Source: Actinomycetota bacterium (lineage in GTDB: Bacteria > Actinomycetota > UBA4738 > HRBIN12). From it: 64,000 bases of DNA. Of this stretch, positions 51,363 to 59,749 are shown piece by piece. Numbering within the stretch: the first letter of the stretch is position 1; the number at the start of each line of letters is the position of its first letter. The notes below the pieces were generated by a model. The model did no database searches. It had not been told where the DNA came from and saw only the letters and a list, made by a program, of their open reading frames with translations. A program made the translations under genes and the position numbers. The stretch covers positions 20,855 through 84,854 of the forward strand of contig DATHTO010000149.1 of assembly GCA_035463115.1 (NCBI GenBank). Reading direction: 5' to 3'.

Positions 51363-51761
51363 TCAGGAACCGGCGTCAGGCGCCGTCTCCCAGAGCCCCA
51401 TGACGTTGCCGTCGGGGTCGCGGAAGTACGCGAACGCGCCCATCCCGGGGATCGGCGTGCGAGGCGTCACGACCGTGCCGCCGTTCGCTGCGATCTCCTG
51501 CAGGCGTCGATCGATGTCGGCGACGCCGATCGTGATCACCGGCGCCGGCGTGTCCTCCGAACGCGTCATCATCCCGCCGTTGATGCCGCCCGGCTCCGTC
51601 GGCGCGAAGGTCTGGGGGTCCACGGGCGTCGTCGTGACGGTCGTGTACTCTCCCTCGCCGATCGCCTGCGTGTGGAGCTGCCATCCGAAGACGGTTCCGT
51701 AGAACGCCTTCGCTCGCTCGACGTCGTCGGTCGGGATCTCGAAGTGCACGACGGTGTCCAT
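51363..51761 (-). CDS. VOC/glyoxalase-fold family protein
   Basis: AAAGGGGGA RBS. VVHFEIPTDDVERAKAFYGTVFGW...GAFAYFRDPDGNVMGLWE. Confidence 0.85.
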   Translation of the reverse strand: MDTVVHFEIPTDDVERAKAFYGTVFGWQLHTQAIGEGEYTTVTTTPVDPQTFAPTEPGGINGGMMTRSEDTPAPVITIGVADIDRRLQEIAANGGTVVTPRTPIPGMGAFAYFRDPDGNVMGLWETAPDAGS

Positions 51762-51870
51762 CGCCGTTCCCCCTTTCGTCGGCTCGACCGAGCGTGCCGC
51801 CCCTTCCCCCGTGCGGTCAAGCCCGAACCGTCGAGCGCCGGCGGTCGAGCCGCGGGAAGATGGGCGAGGA

Positions 51871-52641
51871 TCAGCGACGGCGCCGCGACGCGACGATCGC
51901 CGGGAGCACGTCGGCGATCGGGTCGTGGAGGATCGCGGTCGCGAGATCGTCGAGGGGCGTCTCGGACGCCGTGACGATCACCAGGTCCGCGCCGGCCTCG
52001 ACGGCCACCTCGGGCAGCGCCGCCGCGGGCTGCACCACCAGCGACGTGCCGACCGCGAGGAACAGATCGCATCCGCTCGCCGCACGGAACGCCGCGTCGA
52101 GGACCCGTTCGTCGAGCTGTTGCCCGAAGGCCACCGTGGCGGAACGCTGCACACCGCCGCACCCGGCGCAGCTGGGGTCGGGATCGCCGCCACGGACGCG
52201 GTCGAGCTGCTCGCGCATCGGCGTGCGTCGGCCGCATGCCAGGCACATCGCCTCGTGGAGCGTGCCGTGCAGCTCGAGCACGAGATCCGGGCTCGAGCCG
52301 GCGCGCTGGTGCAGTCCGTCGATGTTCTGCGTGATGAGGGCGTGCAGGACGCCGGCCCGCTCGAGGTCGACGAGGGCGAGATGACCGGCGTTCGGCTCGG
52401 CATCCCATGCGGCATGATGCAGACGCTCTTGCCAGGCCTCGATCCGGACCTCGGGATCCGCCAGGTACGGACCGATCGAGACGCGGCGCATCGCGTCGCG
52501 GTTCTTCGTCCATACGCCGTTCGGACCGCGGTAGTCCGGGATGCCGGACGCCGTGCTGATGCCGGCTCCGGTCAGGACGGTGATGCGCTCGGCCGAGGCG
52601 ACGGCCCGGGCGACCCGCGCGACGGCGGTGGTGGAGGTCAT
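51871..52641 (-). CDS. NAD-dependent protein deacylase, Sir2/CobB family
   Basis: VLTGAGISTASGIPDYRGPNG, ITQNIDGLH, LHG, zinc ribbon C..C...C..C (CLACG...CAGCGG), VGTSLVV. Confidence 0.9.
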   Translation of the reverse strand: MTSTTAVARVARAVASAERITVLTGAGISTASGIPDYRGPNGVWTKNRDAMRRVSIGPYLADPEVRIEAWQERLHHAAWDAEPNAGHLALVDLERAGVLHALITQNIDGLHQRAGSSPDLVLELHGTLHEAMCLACGRRTPMREQLDRVRGGDPDPSCAGCGGVQRSATVAFGQQLDERVLDAAFRAASGCDLFLAVGTSLVVQPAAALPEVAVEAGADLVIVTASETPLDDLATAILHDPIADVLPAIVASRRRR

Positions 52642-52746
52642 GCCTCCATGATGACGCCTCGTGCTCGCTGAGCCTGCGGTGGTCCGCCGCGAGACCTACG
52701 GCGTATCGTCTGGGCGGATCTTGCTCGCTCGAGGCTGGAGGGACCG

Positions 52747-53451
52747 ATGAAGCGAGGTGCGATCTCGATCGCGCTCGGACTGGTGCTGTCGTCCGTTCCC
52801 ATGACGGCGGCGGCGGCCGACACGGCTGTCGAGGCGCGACGGGCTCCGTCGACGCTGGATCTCACCGCGTCGGACGAGGTCGTGCGGTTCGGCGGCACCG
52901 TCCGCCTCGTGGCGGCGCTGAGCGGGCCGCCGGGCGGCCAAGCCATCTTGATCGAGCGTCTCGTCGGGGGCGAGCCGACCGTGATCGGTGGCTGCGTCAC
53001 GGGCAGCGCCGGCCGGTGCGCGGTCGGCGTTCGGCCCCGTCGGACGTCGACGTTCCGCGCGGTGTTCGCCGGCACCGGCTCGTGGGACGCGACGACGAGC
53101 GTCGCCGTCGAGGTGAAGGTCCGCACCGACGTCGTCGGCAGGCTCCGGGGTGCTGACGATCGGAAGGGCCGCTACCACCTGTACGGGCGGAGCGACCGCG
53201 TCACCTTCGTCGTCGACGTCGCACCGGCGAGACGGGGACAGCGCGTCTGGTTCCCGCTCCGGTTCAACGCCGGCCACGGATGGACCGACGGCGGCACGAG
53301 CAGCTTCCGGACCGATGGCGAGGGACGCGTCGTGATCTACTTCGCGCCGGGTTCGTTGCCCGTCGGCGCCTACCGGCTCGAGGCCGTCACGCGACCGGGA
53401 CGCGGACTGCAGGGTGGGCGTTCGAGACCCGCGTACTTCCGCGTGCGGTGA
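52747..53451 (+). CDS. Secreted hypothetical protein (beta-rich, Ig-like repeats likely)
   Basis: GGAGGGA RBS. Signal peptide MKRGAISIALGLVLSSVPMTAAAA. I recognise no family. Confidence 0.65.
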   Translation: MKRGAISIALGLVLSSVPMTAAAADTAVEARRAPSTLDLTASDEVVRFGGTVRLVAALSGPPGGQAILIERLVGGEPTVIGGCVTGSAGRCAVGVRPRRTSTFRAVFAGTGSWDATTSVAVEVKVRTDVVGRLRGADDRKGRYHLYGRSDRVTFVVDVAPARRGQRVWFPLRFNAGHGWTDGGTSSFRTDGEGRVVIYFAPGSLPVGAYRLEAVTRPGRGLQGGRSRPAYFRVR

Positions 53452-53467
53452 CGAACGGCGGCGGAGC

Positions 53468-54199
53468 TCATCCCGAGAGCTGCACGATCTCGCCGGTCGC
53501 CCCCGGGTCCGCGAGCAGGCGGACGACCTCGGCGGCCACCGTCGCCACCGGAACCATCGGCTCGTCGCCTCGGCGCAGCGCCGCGGTCACGTCCTCGGGG
53601 ACGTACCGGTCGAGCCAGGGGGTGTCCATCCATCCGGGCTCGACGGCGTTCACGCGCACGGGAGCGAGCTCGCGCGCGAGGATCGTCGTCAGCGCGACGA
53701 CAGCGACCTTCGAGATGACGTAGGGGATCGACGACCCCTCGAGATAGACCGCGGCATCCGACGCGACGTTCACGATCGATCCGCGCCCGCGTGCGCGCAT
53801 GCCGTCGGCGACCGCGCGGATGCATCGCCACGTCCCCACGAGGTTGACGTCGAGGATCCGGCGCCAGTCATCGTCCGTGAGCGCTCGGAGATCGCCCGCC
53901 GGCGCGTACGTGGTGACGCCGGCGTTGTTCACGAGGAGGTCGACCGGTCCGCCGAGGCGCTGCTCCACGCGCGCGACCATCGCGGCCACCGCCCCGTCGT
54001 CGCGCACGTCGGCAGGGATCGCGACGGCCTCTGTCGGAAGCTCCTCGGCGAGCGCTTCGGCGGCACCCGCCGAGGTCGAGAAGTTGACGGCGACGCTCGC
54101 ACCGGCGGCGGAGAGCCGCCGGCAGATCTCGGCGCCGAGACCGGTGGCGCCCCCGGTCACGATCGCGATCCTCCCTCGGAGCGGCCGCCCCTCGGTCAC
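53468..54199 (-). CDS. Short-chain dehydrogenase/reductase
   Basis: Start taken as the GTG at 54199, which overlaps the upstream cyclase stop (GTGA). IAIVTGGATGLGAEI, NNAGV, YVISKVA (YxxxK). Confidence 0.85.
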   Translation of the reverse strand: MTEGRPLRGRIAIVTGGATGLGAEICRRLSAAGASVAVNFSTSAGAAEALAEELPTEAVAIPADVRDDGAVAAMVARVEQRLGGPVDLLVNNAGVTTYAPAGDLRALTDDDWRRILDVNLVGTWRCIRAVADGMRARGRGSIVNVASDAAVYLEGSSIPYVISKVAVVALTTILARELAPVRVNAVEPGWMDTPWLDRYVPEDVTAALRRGDEPMVPVATVAAEVVRLLADPGATGEIVQLSG

Positions 54200-56886
54200 G
54201 CGTCGTCGCCCGCGTCGGGGTCGAGGAGCAACGCGACCATCGCGTCGATCGTCATGGTCCGTCCGGTGGCGAACGCGTCGGCGTACCGGTGGTGGCCGAG
54301 CGCAGCGCGCGACGCCTCCGCCGGATCCCCGAAGTACGACAGCCCCACGTCGGGGAAGTGCACGCCGTGGTCGACCTGGAGCGACTCCCATGCGCCCATG
54401 AGGATCGCGGCTCGCCCGAACCGCTGGCGCTTCGACGCGACGATCGCCTGCGGCATCACAACCTGCGCGAGCATGATCGGCCCCGGCGTCTCGGCGGCGA
54501 GCGCGGTGGCCTCGATCACGTCGGCGACGGCGTCGTCGAGCCCGCCACCGTCGGGACCGGCGCCGAGGACGTGGATGCTCGCGCGCGCGACCAGCCCCTC
54601 GCAGAGGGCGAGCCGTTCGCCGGCGCTCCGGTTGAGCTCGATCGCCTGGTCGAGCAGTTCGATCGTCCCGGCGGGGTCGCCTTGGAGCATCCGTGCGTAC
54701 CCGATCGACATCATCGTCTTCGCACGCAACACGAGATCGTCGGCGGGCGTGATCTCCAGGCAGCGTTCGAGCGTTGCCAGCGACGAGGCGAGCTCGTCCG
54801 TCACGAGCCAGATGAAGGAACGATCGAACAGCGCGCGTGCGAGCAGCCGCGCGTCGCCGACCTCCTCCGCGATCGCAGCCGCCTCGTCGTACCGCGGGCG
54901 CATCGCCTCGTAGTCGGTCAACCAGTACTCGATCGAGCCGAGCGCGCCGAGCGCTCGCGCGCGCGCCGCGTCGCGCGGTTCGGCGGCCGGCAGGGCGAGC
55001 ACCCGCTGCAGCCGAGCGCGCGCCTCGGTGAGGTGGCCGCGCTGCTGCCAGAACCGCCAGATCGATGCGGCGGTCTCGAGCGCAGGCCGGACGTGCTCGG
55101 CGTCGCGTTCCGCCCGATCGAGTACGGCCCGCACGTTGTCGTGCTCCCGGTCGAGTCGGTCGAGCCAGTCCGTCTGGTCGTGCGCCGTCAGGTGCGGCTC
55201 CGCGGCGGCGGCGAGCTCGTGGACGAACGCCGTATGACGTCGCTCGAGGTCACGCCGCTCCGCGTCGGGGAGCGTGGCGAACCGATCCAGGGCGTACTCT
55301 CGGATCGTCTCCAGCATGCGGAACCGCAGGTCGGGCTCGTCGTCGCCCGATCGGCGCACGAGGCTGCTGTCGAGGAGGGCCTCGAGCCCGGCGAGCACGT
55401 CGAGGTCGTCGCCGCAGACGCGTTCCGCGGCCTCGAGCGTCCATCCGCCCGCGAACACGGCGAGCCGCGCGAAGAGGATGCGCGCGTCGCGGTCGAGCGA
55501 TTCGTCGCTCCATCGGATCGATGCCTCGAGCGTTCGGTGCCGCGCCGGCGCGTCCCGCGGCCCTCCGGTCAACACCGCGAGCCGATGGTCGAGGCGGGCG
55601 GCGAGCGTCTCGGCGTCGAAGAGGCGCAGGCGCGACGCGGCGAGCTCGATCGCGAGCGGAAGCGCATCGAGCCGGCGCACGATCTCGACCACGGCGTCGA
55701 CGTTCGTGGGATCGAGCGTGAAGCCCGGTCGCGCGTCGCCGGCGCGCTCGACGAACAGTCGGATCGCGTCCGACGCCTCGAGCGCCTCGGGTCCGCGCAC
55801 GTCCGCCGCCGGAAGCGCGAGCGGCGGCACGGAGTACTCCGCCTCACCGGACAGCCGCAGCGGGATGCGGCTCGTCGCGAGGACCGTGAGGGTCGGCGCC
55901 GCGTCGAGCACCTCGCCGATCACGCCGGCGCCGTGCACCACCTGCTCCAGGTTGTCGAGGATGAGCAGGACGCGACGGTCACGCAGCTGCTCGGCGACCG
56001 CCGCGAGCGGGTGGCCCACCGTCTCGCGGGCCCGCAGCACACGCCCGATCGTCGGGACGATGACCTCGGGGTCGGTCGTGGTGCTGAGGTCGACGAACCA
56101 CACACCGTCGGGGAACCGATGGGCCGTCGCCCGCGCGACCTCGACCGCCAGCCGCGTCTTGCCGGTCCCGCCGGGACCCGTGAGCGTGGTCAGCCGCGCG
56201 TCGTCGAGCGAACGCGCGATCGCCGCGATCGCCTCGTCGCGACCGACGAACGACGTCCGCGACGTCGGGAGCTCGACCCTCGCGCGTGCGGCGGTCCGCA
56301 GCGGCGGGAACGTCGTATCGAGTCCGTCGATCACGAGGTCGTGCAGCGGCTGCGGCTCGTCGAAGTCCTTGAGGGTGAACGTTCCGAGGGCGCGGACGGA
56401 GACGCCGCCGGGCGGGTCCACGGCCACGAGCGACGCGGTGCTCGCCGACAGCACGACCTGGCCACCGTGCCCGACGGCCGCGATGCGCGCGGCCCGGTTC
56501 ACGTCGAGACCCAGGTAGTCGTCGCCGCCGAGCGTGGCCTCGCCGGTGTGGACGCCGATCCTCACGCGGATCGTGCGGCCGTCCGGCCACGGATGGGACC
56601 CGAGGCCCCGTTGCGCCTCGGCGGCGGCGCGCACCGCGCCGATCGCCGACGGGAACACGACGAAGAAGGCATCGCCTTCGGTCCGGATCTCGACCCCGTC
56701 GCCGGCCGCGATCGCCGCCCGCATCACGCGGGCGTGCGCGTCCTGGAGCTCGCCGTACGCGTCACGTCCGAGCTCGCGGAGCATCCGCGTCGACCCTTCG
56801 ATGTCGCTGAACAGGAACGTCACGGTGCCGGTCGGCAGGTCGCGCACGGCGCAGAACCCTAGTGCAGCCGGCCGCGCACGGCGCAC
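54196..56886 (-). CDS. Class III cyclase / NB-ARC-like STAND ATPase / TPR signalling protein
   Basis: TVTFLFSDIEGSTRML, EGDAFFVVFPS, RIGVHTGEA, LTGPGGTGKTRLAVEVA, LLILDNLEQV, ALPLAIELAA, then helical repeats. The start could be the GTG at 56847 instead of 56886. Confidence 0.88.
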   Translation of the reverse strand: MRRARPAALGFCAVRDLPTGTVTFLFSDIEGSTRMLRELGRDAYGELQDAHARVMRAAIAAGDGVEIRTEGDAFFVVFPSAIGAVRAAAEAQRGLGSHPWPDGRTIRVRIGVHTGEATLGGDDYLGLDVNRAARIAAVGHGGQVVLSASTASLVAVDPPGGVSVRALGTFTLKDFDEPQPLHDLVIDGLDTTFPPLRTAARARVELPTSRTSFVGRDEAIAAIARSLDDARLTTLTGPGGTGKTRLAVEVARATAHRFPDGVWFVDLSTTTDPEVIVPTIGRVLRARETVGHPLAAVAEQLRDRRVLLILDNLEQVVHGAGVIGEVLDAAPTLTVLATSRIPLRLSGEAEYSVPPLALPAADVRGPEALEASDAIRLFVERAGDARPGFTLDPTNVDAVVEIVRRLDALPLAIELAASRLRLFDAETLAARLDHRLAVLTGGPRDAPARHRTLEASIRWSDESLDRDARILFARLAVFAGGWTLEAAERVCGDDLDVLAGLEALLDSSLVRRSGDDEPDLRFRMLETIREYALDRFATLPDAERRDLERRHTAFVHELAAAAEPHLTAHDQTDWLDRLDREHDNVRAVLDRAERDAEHVRPALETAASIWRFWQQRGHLTEARARLQRVLALPAAEPRDAARARALGALGSIEYWLTDYEAMRPRYDEAAAIAEEVGDARLLARALFDRSFIWLVTDELASSLATLERCLEITPADDLVLRAKTMMSIGYARMLQGDPAGTIELLDQAIELNRSAGERLALCEGLVARASIHVLGAGPDGGGLDDAVADVIEATALAAETPGPIMLAQVVMPQAIVASKRQRFGRAAILMGAWESLQVDHGVHFPDVGLSYFGDPAEASRAALGHHRYADAFATGRTMTIDAMVALLLDPDAGDDA

Positions 56887-56973
56887 AACGCGAGTGCAGT
56901 CGGCCGATGACGAGCGTGCGGACCCCGGTGGCCGGCCCGCGCCGAGCGCCGCCTCCGGAGCGTCGAGCCTCGG

Positions 56974-57780
56974 TCAGCGCGCGCCGGCGAGCCGGGCGAC
57001 GAGCCCCCGTTCGTCGGTGCCGAACCACGGCGCATCGCCGGCCGCCGCGTTCTCTGCGACGCGGGACGGCGACGACGTCGCCGGGATCGCGACGTGGCAG
57101 CGCTCGTCGCTCAGGCACCACTTCAGGAGCGCCTGGGCCCACGTGGTCACGCCGAACGCCTCGAGCGGCGCGAGCGCTCCGGGCCCCGGGTCGGCGCGGA
57201 CGAGCGACCCCTCGCCGAAGGGACGCATCACGAGGACGCCGAGGCCGAGCTCCGCGGCGAGCGGCAGGATCTCGTCCTCGACGTCGCGCTCGTGCGGGTT
57301 GTACGGGATCTGGATCGCGTCGATCCGGCCGCTCCGCATCACGCTCGCGAGCTCGTCGAAGGCGCTCGCGGCGTAGTGCGTCGCTCCGATCGATCCGACG
57401 AGGCCGGCGTCGCGCGCAGCCTCGAGCGTGTCGAGGTGCTCGCGCCATGCGACGAGGTTGTGGACCTGCAGCAGGTCGATCCGGCCGCCGAACCATCCGA
57501 GGGCTCGCTCGAGCTGGCGCCGCCCTTCGGCGCCCGAACGCGCCCAGATCTTCGTCGCGACGTACGCGCGGTCGCGACGGTTCCCGAGCGCTTCAGCGAG
57601 GAGCTCCTCGGCGGATCCGTACATCGGCGACGAATCGAACACCGTGACCCCGTGATCGAGCGCCGCCGTGACGACGGACGTCGCGTCCCCGGCGCGAGCG
57701 GCGGCCTCGAGCCGGCGCCACGTTCCGAGGCCGACGACCGGAAGCTCCGGGCCGGCCCGACCGAACCGCCTGCGTTCCAT
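56974..57780 (-). CDS. Aldo/keto reductase
   Basis: MERRRFGRAGPELPVVGLGTW, FDSSPMYG, ATKIW, DLLQVHN, GATHY. Start chosen at the ATG at 57780. Confidence 0.85.
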   Translation of the reverse strand: MERRRFGRAGPELPVVGLGTWRRLEAAARAGDATSVVTAALDHGVTVFDSSPMYGSAEELLAEALGNRRDRAYVATKIWARSGAEGRRQLERALGWFGGRIDLLQVHNLVAWREHLDTLEAARDAGLVGSIGATHYAASAFDELASVMRSGRIDAIQIPYNPHERDVEDEILPLAAELGLGVLVMRPFGEGSLVRADPGPGALAPLEAFGVTTWAQALLKWCLSDERCHVAIPATSSPSRVAENAAAGDAPWFGTDERGLVARLAGAR

Positions 57781-57848
57781 GCGTTCCGTGATACCGCACG
57801 GCCGCACCTCCGGTCACGTGCGTCGAGGAACGCGCCGATGCCGAGGCG

Positions 57849-58379
57849 TCACCAGTAGCGCGCGGTCGCCATGGCCGTGACCGCGAGGAGCAGCAGCACG
57901 AGGTCGGTCTTGCCGTGTCGCTCGAGGGCGCTTCCGAGGCGCTGTTGCTCCGCCGCTTGCTCCGGCGTCGGCGGGCCACCGCCCGCGGCGATCTCGCCGC
58001 CCAGGTCCACGAGGCGCTCGACGTTGCGGCCGACGCCGTAGTAGCCGACGAAGAACGTGAGCGTCGCGAGGACGCCGCCGATCGTGAGCGCGAGCCCGAA
58101 CGACGACGTCACCCAGTCGCCGAGCGACTCGGCGAGCGTCATGTTCCGGAACCACATCACCCACCCCGCGGCCACCGTGATCATGCCGAGGCCGGTGATC
58201 ACCTTCGCGACCTTCCGCTTCTTCACGGCCGCGGTGAGCAACGGGCCCGCGCTCGGACCCACCTCCGCCGCGCTCGGCCCGATGAAGGCCACGAACAGGA
58301 ACGCCGCTCCGACCCACAGCACCCCGGCCACGATGTGCAGGAACCGGAACAGCAGCATGAACAGATCCGCGCCGAGCAT
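57849..58379 (-). CDS. Integral membrane protein (4 TM; LHIVAGVLWVG motif as in CopD/HemJ/DUF2269-type families)
   Basis: ATG at 58379 preceded by GGGGGAGG. MLGADLFMLLFRFLHIVAGVLWVGAAFLFVAFIG.... The family assignment is tentative. Confidence 0.65.
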   Translation of the reverse strand: MLGADLFMLLFRFLHIVAGVLWVGAAFLFVAFIGPSAAEVGPSAGPLLTAAVKKRKVAKVITGLGMITVAAGWVMWFRNMTLAESLGDWVTSSFGLALTIGGVLATLTFFVGYYGVGRNVERLVDLGGEIAAGGGPPTPEQAAEQQRLGSALERHGKTDLVLLLLAVTAMATARYW

Positions 58380-58557
58380 CGATGCCTCCCCCTCGTCGGA
58401 CGCACGAACGATACGGCACCCGTGCCCGCCGATGGAGCAACGCACGCCACGGGAACGTTGTGTGGCAGGCGGCGTCGGTGGACCCGGAGCCGGATCATGC
58501 GCGCGTGCGCACGGCCACCCCAGCGCATCGTGGGCGTGCGGGCCCGGACGAGGCAGC

Positions 58558-59715
58558 TCAGCCGAGGGATCGAACGGCCCGACGGTCCGCCGTGCGGACC
58601 GTCCGCCTGGGCGATCCGACGGGCTCGCATCCGGGGTCGCCGCCATACCGGACGCGGAACGTCGTGTCGCGATCGACCCGGACGCGGAAGCGATAGCCGC
58701 CCTCGGCGTCGGTCCCGACGGTGCGCGCCGGCCGCGGCGGCTCGATGATCCGGAGCGTCACCGCCCGGATGCCTCCGCACGCGGGATCGAACGACCACAG
58801 CCGTCCGCGGACCACCACGCGATCACCCGGGTCGGCGGTCCGCGGCGCGCCGATCGTCAGGCGGCGCCCGAGCTGTCCCCCATCGTTCTTCCCCCAGCAG
58901 TCCACGTCGCCGTCGACGGTCCTCGCACACGTGTGGTAGCTGCCGGCGGAGACCTCCGCGTACGGCCCGGGCCGGTCGTCGGCTTGCCCGTACACGTCGT
59001 GTCCCCAGCAGTGCACGGCCCCGCTGGGCCGCAGCGCGCAGTTGTGATGGTCACCCGCCGACACCTGCGTGAACGGTCCCACCTTGTCCTTCGACTGCCC
59101 GTCGTCGGGGAGGCCCCAGCAGTCGACCGAGCCGTCGATACGGAGCGCGCAGTTGTGTCCGTCTCCCGCCGAGACCTCGAGGTACGGGCCGACGTGATCC
59201 TCCGCGAGGCCGGCTCGGTTCCCGCCCCAGCAGTCCGCGACCCCCTCGGGCGTCAGCCCGCAGTTGTGGGCACCGCTCATCGTGAGCGCCGTGAAGGGGC
59301 CCGGCTGGTCCTCGGACTGGCCGACGTCGTTGCGACCCCAGCAGTCGGCGGCGCCCGTCGTCGTGAGCGCGCAGGAGTGGCGCCAGCCGGCGATGACCTG
59401 GGTGTACGGGCCCGGTCGATCCTCGGCCTCCCCGTCGGCGTCGAGCCCCCAGCACCGCGCGGCGCCGTCGACGGTGAGCGCGCAGTTGTGCATCCCGCCG
59501 GCGGACACCTGCGTGAACGGCCCGGGTCGGTCCTCGGAACGACCGAACGCGTCGTCGCCCCAGCAGTCGGCCGCGCCCGTCGGCGTGATCGCGCACGTGT
59601 GATCGACGCCGGCCCAGACGGTCTCGTAGTCGGTCGCCGCGAGCGTCGGGTGCGCGCAGCCGACGAGCGACGCCACGCACACCGAGACGACCACGGCGGA
59701 GCGCAGGGCTCGCAT
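58558..59715 (-). CDS. Lipoprotein with seven RCC1-like beta-propeller repeats and a C-terminal Ig/CarboxypepD_reg-like domain
   Basis: Lipobox SLVGC. Seven ...H.CAL...G...CWG... units. C-terminal tail VVVRGRLWSF...GGYRFRVRVDRDTTFRVRY. Confidence 0.85.
   Translation of the reverse strand: MRALRSAVVVSVCVASLVGCAHPTLAATDYETVWAGVDHTCAITPTGAADCWGDDAFGRSEDRPGPFTQVSAGGMHNCALTVDGAARCWGLDADGEAEDRPGPYTQVIAGWRHSCALTTTGAADCWGRNDVGQSEDQPGPFTALTMSGAHNCGLTPEGVADCWGGNRAGLAEDHVGPYLEVSAGDGHNCALRIDGSVDCWGLPDDGQSKDKVGPFTQVSAGDHHNCALRPSGAVHCWGHDVYGQADDRPGPYAEVSAGSYHTCARTVDGDVDCWGKNDGGQLGRRLTIGAPRTADPGDRVVVRGRLWSFDPACGGIRAVTLRIIEPPRPARTVGTDAEGGYRFRVRVDRDTTFRVRYGGDPGCEPVGSPRRTVRTADRRAVRSLG
58867..59625. repeat. 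Seven coding repeats with an exact 111-bp (37-aa) period
   Basis: The Cys of each CWG motif falls at residues 51, 88, 125, 162, 199, 236 and 273 of the protein (counted from the ATG at 59715). The spacing is 37 every time. Confidence 0.9.
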
Positions 59716-59749
59716 GTCGCGCACGCTACCGCGTCGCCCGGGCGAGGCC

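Noticed and set aside
51871-52641. The Sir2 gene as a defence-type SIR2 NADase.
   Set aside because: It has the full CobB-like deacylase signature (GAGIS..SGIPDYRG, QNIDGLH, four-Cys zinc ribbon) and normal size. It stands alone with no HerA, pAgo or TIR-type partner.
39983-56886. The cyclase-containing giants read as anti-phage systems (Pycsar/CBASS-like cyclase plus effector, or Avs-like STAND defence).
   Set aside because: I see no cyclic-nucleotide-binding effector, no TIR, nuclease, patatin or pore-type effector, and no neighbouring restriction or mobile-element genes. The Zn-ribbon/cyclase/ATPase/repeat architecture is a common housekeeping signalling type in high-GC Gram-positives. 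I cannot exclude defence without searches, but nothing in the sequence argues for it.
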